From Spirogloea muscicola (Eukaryota): 36,269 nt of DNA. Positions within the stretch are counted from its first letter, which is position 1, and every line of letters starts with the position of its first letter. The stretch lies in the NCBI GenBank assembly GCA_009602725.1, contig WELB01000016.1:76192-112460 (forward strand), in the 5' to 3' direction. Both the position numbers and the translations under genes were made by a program. Below the pieces are notes generated by a model that worked only from the letters and a program-made list of their open reading frames with translations, was not told the origin of the DNA and did not search any database. Below, piece by piece: positions 35,905 through 36,269 of the stretch.

Positions 35905-36145
35905 TGCAGTCGTAGCTGGCGGCCGCGGCAGCCGAGACGACAAGGACGCGTCGCCGGAGCGGATCAGATCATTCGGCAGGAGCCAGAGAGCAGGAGCCGC
36001 CGCAGAGGCTGCCGGATGGCGCAGAGGGAGGCGGGCATCGCAGAAGGTTTGTGGCTCGGCGGATTCCGCGAGCGGAAGCCGTGAGGCGCGGCGGCGGCGG
36101 CCATGCCGTGAGCGCGGCGGCGGCAGCTGCGGCGGCGGCGGCGGC

Positions 36146-36269
<124 letters not shown>

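Noticed and set aside
34882..36084. 400-aa plus-strand ORF
   Set aside because: Antisense shadow of the GC-rich cyclin exons.

Overview
Gene-dense, intron-rich eukaryotic DNA from the green plant lineage. A streptophyte alga is inferred from plant-type genes, GC-rich 5' exons and short GT-AG introns. Ten spliced genes were reconstructed by eye: TTI1 (runs off the left edge), plastid omega-6 desaturase FAD6, a glyoxalase/VOC protein, ATP10, an HVA22/REEP protein, a small ankyrin protein (apparent 1-nt frameshift), an 'embryogenesis-like' coiled-coil protein (5' end in an N gap), a CCCH zinc-finger protein, an NTMC2T6-type SMP/C2 protein and an SDS/A-type cyclin. The most striking feature is non-genic. 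Five regions upstream of gene starts are filled with 5'-truncated copies of at least four divergent families of a restriction-like-endonuclease (RLE, CRE-like) non-LTR retrotransposon. The families share a C-terminal motif (S-x-S-D-x3-L-T-R-x-[YH]-stop), most share a 3' GGGCTG...CAGCCC hairpin, and none has a poly(A) tail. Six insertions can be resolved with target-site duplications (TSDs), and all six lie inside older copies of the same group. The three convergent gene gaps and the introns show no such copies. Family assignments come from remembered motifs, not database searches.
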